A stretch of DNA of 64,000 nt from Basidiobolus meristosporus CBS 931.73. Taxonomy: Eukaryota > Fungi > Basidiobolomycota. A program made the translations under genes and the position numbers. Every line of letters starts with the position of its first letter. The first letter of the stretch is position 1. Below the pieces are notes generated by a model. It did not search any database, was not told the origin of the DNA, and worked only from the letters and a program-made list of their open reading frames with translations. The DNA lies in the NCBI GenBank assembly GCA_002104905.1, contig MCFE01000400.1:17340-81339 (forward strand), written 5' to 3'. This document shows positions 61,269-64,000 of the stretch, piece by piece.

Positions 61269-63779
61269 GGGGAGACAGTCACCAACAGGTGAAATCTTTA
61301 TTTCAGTTGAAACAAAGAAGCCAGCGCTACTGTTGTAGCTTTGATACAAGAGTGTGTAGCTGAGGGGAATTTGTAGGTAAGTTAATAAGAAGTGATGATA
61401 GTTCTTCAGTGCTCAAGACACTGTTCAGTGGGAAGGGGGGTAGCAAGAGAGGTAAGAATGACTTTTGAACAACATTAATGAGGGGAATGTGATAAGGATT
61501 GATATTCATCATAAAGGGAGTGTGCTGCTGCAGATATTGCTGCCAAAGGTCTGTCAAGTACTTCAGGTAGGCCAGCTTGGGTTTTTCTGACTGCAGAATA
61601 TAGTGAGCAAACTTCTTGACTTCAGGATCTCCAAGTATAGTTCTCCAGCAGGAGCCAGGTGTTGTGTGGTGTGTTCTCTTCCAGGCCTTAATCAGTGGGT
61701 TGTTGCAGTTGTGAAGTCTGAGGTATAATCTGGTTCTAAGGTAGAGAAGTCTGATCTTATAGGGCATAAACCCAAAAGCACCAAGAATAGCATGTCTGTA
61801 GGGGCATTCAGGCAAATGAGGCACCAAGGAGGTAATGCACCATACTGCAAACTTGTCAAGCTTAGTGCAGTCTCTAGAAGTAAGAGAGAGAAGTGGTAAG
61901 CCAAATTCCAGGACAGGGAAGACAAACTGCTTGAGTAGAAGGAGGCAGCTGGGAGCTGAAGTTGTAGGAGGAGTAACAGCCAGTAGCTTGTGGAGTGCCT
62001 GTCTTGCCAGGATAATTCTCTTCTTCAGGTGTGCTCCAGAGTCTAGTCCAGTAGGAAGGAAAGGAAAGCCAAGATATGTAGCAGAAACCTGAGCAGGTAG
62101 AGTGGAGTTCTCCAAGTTGATGGGAGAGCCCAAAGGTACTGTCTTTGCAATGGAAAGCTGGAGATTATTCTTCTGCAGATACTGGTGGATGGTCTGGGAG
62201 TCTTGTTGCACATTGGAGGAGGATATTCTGATGTCATCAGCAAAGAGAGTAACCAGGCAGTCAGCTGAGAGTCTTGGGAAATCATTCAGGAAGATGGCAA
62301 ACAGTATAGGACCAAGCACAGAGCCTTGAACCACTCCATTAGGAACTGAGAACACAGCTGATTGCTCACTTGGGTGCAGAATTCTTGCTTGTGGATCCAG
62401 AAACAGAGACCTGACAAGGAGGGTGAGAGAGGTACTGGAGAAGCATTGCAACTTGGACCAAAGCAGATTTCTGTCAACTGAATCAAAGGCCTTAGTAATA
62501 TCAAACAGAACAGAGGGATACTTGCACTGGAGAGAGTGATCTTGGCTAAGTATGACTGCATATTCCAAGGAGAGGCCAGGAACAAAGCCAAACTGTGCAG
62601 GATGAAACTTGAGAGAGTCAGAGTAGAGCTCCTGAGCAAGCAGAAGCTCAAACACCTTTCTGCAGGTGGGCAGCAGAGATATTGGCCTGTAGGAGCTAGG
62701 ATCCAGGTGCTTTCCTTTACCCTTGTACAGTGGCAGAACATTTGCAAAGGACCATTCCTCAGGAGTAGAAAGCTGGGCTGAGCATTGCTGAAACAGTGGA
62801 AGCAGAAGTGCAGACATGGCCTTGGTACTAGTCTTCAGAAGCTCATAGGAGATTGTGTCCACACCTGGAGCAGTAGAGTTGGGAAGCCTCTTGAGCACAT
62901 TATGGATTCTACTTTGATCAAGTGCAAGTGGGATGGGCAGAGTCTTGAAGTCAGGATGAAAGCCAGGAGTTGAGTACTGCTTTGTAGAGAAGAAGATGTT
63001 AGCCAGCTGTTCTGTTGAAGGTAACTTCCTGGAAGAGGGCCTCATTGCCCTGTAGAGTCTTGATACTGTTCTTGTTATAGAGTTGGAAGATTGCAGAGGC
63101 AAGGAACTCATAATATGATCCCAGAGCTGAGTATGCAGAGTGTGGTGAATTGCCTTGGAGTGGTGTATTGCTGTCAGGAGTTTCTCTGTTTTTGGGTTAG
63201 GGAAGCTCAGGTAGCTTTGTTGCAGGGCTGAAACAATGGATTCCCATTTTCTTGAGGTAACAGCAGTAGTCTTGCATGGCAGTGAGAGGGAGGCAGACAC
63301 CAGAATCAGATGCTTCACAAAGAGCCAGGCAAAGTTGAGATCATCTGGCAGAGAAAGTAGCAAACTGGCAAGCTTCAAGTAGTTTCCAAAGTCTTTCTTC
63401 TGATTCTTGGTAGCTTTGTGGGTGAGCACAGTAAGTTTTGGCAGCTTCTTCTTCACAACTGGTTGCATAGAAAGGGACCAGGCTGGGTGGTCAGAGGCTC
63501 TCAAGGATCCTAGCTCAGCTCCAGAGAATTGCTTAACTTCATTCACAAAGTAGAGGGCAGCAGCAGAAGGGCAGATCCAGTCAACACATCTTTTCTCAGA
63601 TTGAGCACCTAGTGCTAGCAGATGGCTTTCTCTCAGGAAGTTCAGTAGGAATGTAGACCTTGGCTTCATTCTTGCAGTCAGAGTAGTCTTGTTCTCAGGA
63701 TGGGGAATGTTGAGATCTCCAAGCAAGATAACAGGTGTTGATATAGATTGTTGGTATTGCTGAACCTTCTGGCATAGGG
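61269..63779 (-). mobile_element. 5'-truncated non-LTR retrotransposon (APE endonuclease plus RT) embedded in telomeric repeats
   Basis: Telomere repeats lie on both sides. The ORF carries APE motifs GDLN, VDWI and SDH followed by RT. The 58-nt 3' UTR has no poly(A). Confidence 0.92.
61327..63777 (-). CDS. LINE ORF2: C-terminal half of the APE endonuclease plus reverse transcriptase (N-terminus cut off by the telomere)
   Basis: STAPGVD, YRPISLL, QFGF, FDITKAFDSVDR, GVVQGSVLGPILF, LFADDI, YLG. The frame stays open upstream of the TTG (LCQKVQQYQQSISTPVILLGDLN) up to the telomere. Confidence 0.92.
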   Translation of the reverse strand, partial: LCQKVQQYQQSISTPVILLGDLNIPHPENKTTLTARMKPRSTFLLNFLRESHLLALGAQSEKRCVDWICPSAAALYFVNEVKQFSGAELGSLRASDHPAWSLSMQPVVKKKLPKLTVLTHKATKNQKKDFGNYLKLASLLLSLPDDLNFAWLFVKHLILVSASLSLPCKTTAVTSRKWESIVSALQQSYLSFPNPKTEKLLTAIHHSKAIHHTLHTQLWDHIMSSLPLQSSNSITRTVSRLYRAMRPSSRKLPSTEQLANIFFSTKQYSTPGFHPDFKTLPIPLALDQSRIHNVLKRLPNSTAPGVDTISYELLKTSTKAMSALLLPLFQQCSAQLSTPEEWSFANVLPLYKGKGKHLDPSSYRPISLLPTCRKVFELLLAQELYSDSLKFHPAQFGFVPGLSLEYAVILSQDHSLQCKYPSVLFDITKAFDSVDRNLLWSKLQCFSSTSLTLLVRSLFLDPQARILHPSEQSAVFSVPNGVVQGSVLGPILFAIFLNDFPRLSADCLVTLFADDIRISSSNVQQDSQTIHQYLQKNNLQLSIAKTVPLGSPINLENSTLPAQVSATYLGFPFLPTGLDSGAHLKKRIILARQALHKLLAVTPPTTSAPSCLLLLKQFVFPVLEFGLPLLSLTSRDCTKLDKFAVWCITSLVPHLPECPYRHAILGAFGFMPYKIRLLYLRTRLYLRLHNCNNPLIKAWKRTHHTTPGSCWRTILGDPEVKKFAHYILQSEKPKLAYLKYLTDLWQQYLQQHTPFMMNINPYHIPLINVVQKSFLPLLLPPFPLNSVLSTEELSSLLINLPTNSPQLHTLVSKLQQ

Positions 63780-64000
63780 TTAGGGTTAGGGTTAGGGTTA
63801 GGGTTAGGGTTAGGGTTAGGGTTAGGGTTTGGGTTAGGGTTAGGGTTAGGGTTAGGGTTAGGGTTAGGGTTAGGGTTAGGGTTAGGGTTAGGGTTAGGGT
63901 TAGGGTTAGGGTTAGGGTTAGGGTTAGGGTTAGGGTTAGGGTTAGGGTTAGGGTTAGGGTTAGGGTTAGGGTTAGGGTTAGGGTTAGGGTTAGGGTTAGG
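63775..64000 (+). repeat. Telomere (TTAGGG)n, about 37 units with one TTTGGG variant
   Basis: The G-rich strand runs 5'-3' to the window end, the orientation expected of a right chromosome end. Confidence 0.98.

Noticed and set aside
61327-63726. The terminal RT as telomerase or a Penelope-like (Athena/Coprina) element
   Set aside because: The motifs YRPISLL, FDITKAFD and QGSVLGP plus APE residues are typical of LINEs.

Overview
This is the right-hand end of a fungal chromosome, ending in about 37 TTAGGG repeats. Short GT-AG introns and the gene content suggest an early-diverging fungus, possibly a zoopagomycete such as Basidiobolus; the taxon is an inference. 1-15 kb: CpG-depleted transposon remnants, comprising a Copia fragment, nested CACTA/CMC elements with CCCTA termini in a large inverted arrangement, and two solo LTRs with target-site duplications (TSDs). 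15.7-21.2 kb: an intact Ty3/Gypsy element inserted 11 bp upstream of tRNA-Thr(CGT), beside an older inverted LTR of a related family at the same site. 22-28.3 kb: eight small secreted-protein genes in three families. 28.5-53 kb: ordinary genes (dual-specificity phosphatase, myotubularin, PPR protein, 7TM-like protein, FAD oxidase, GNAT, sugar porter, alcohol dehydrogenase plus a decayed copy, SDR) and two PY-motif membrane-protein paralogs. 53.3-57.2 kb: a decayed, 3'-truncated Copia element. 57.6-64 kb: a layered subtelomere with internalised telomere tracts, a 155-bp satellite, an RG-rich ORF, and an APE-endonuclease/RT non-LTR retrotransposon embedded between telomeric repeats. Its 3' tip (AATAAA, hairpin, C-run, CCCTAA) occurs three times, always fused to telomere repeats. 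The strongest novelty candidates are the telomere-targeting LINE, the tRNA-targeting Gypsy lineage and the secreted-peptide cluster. All comparisons were made by eye; no database searches were run.
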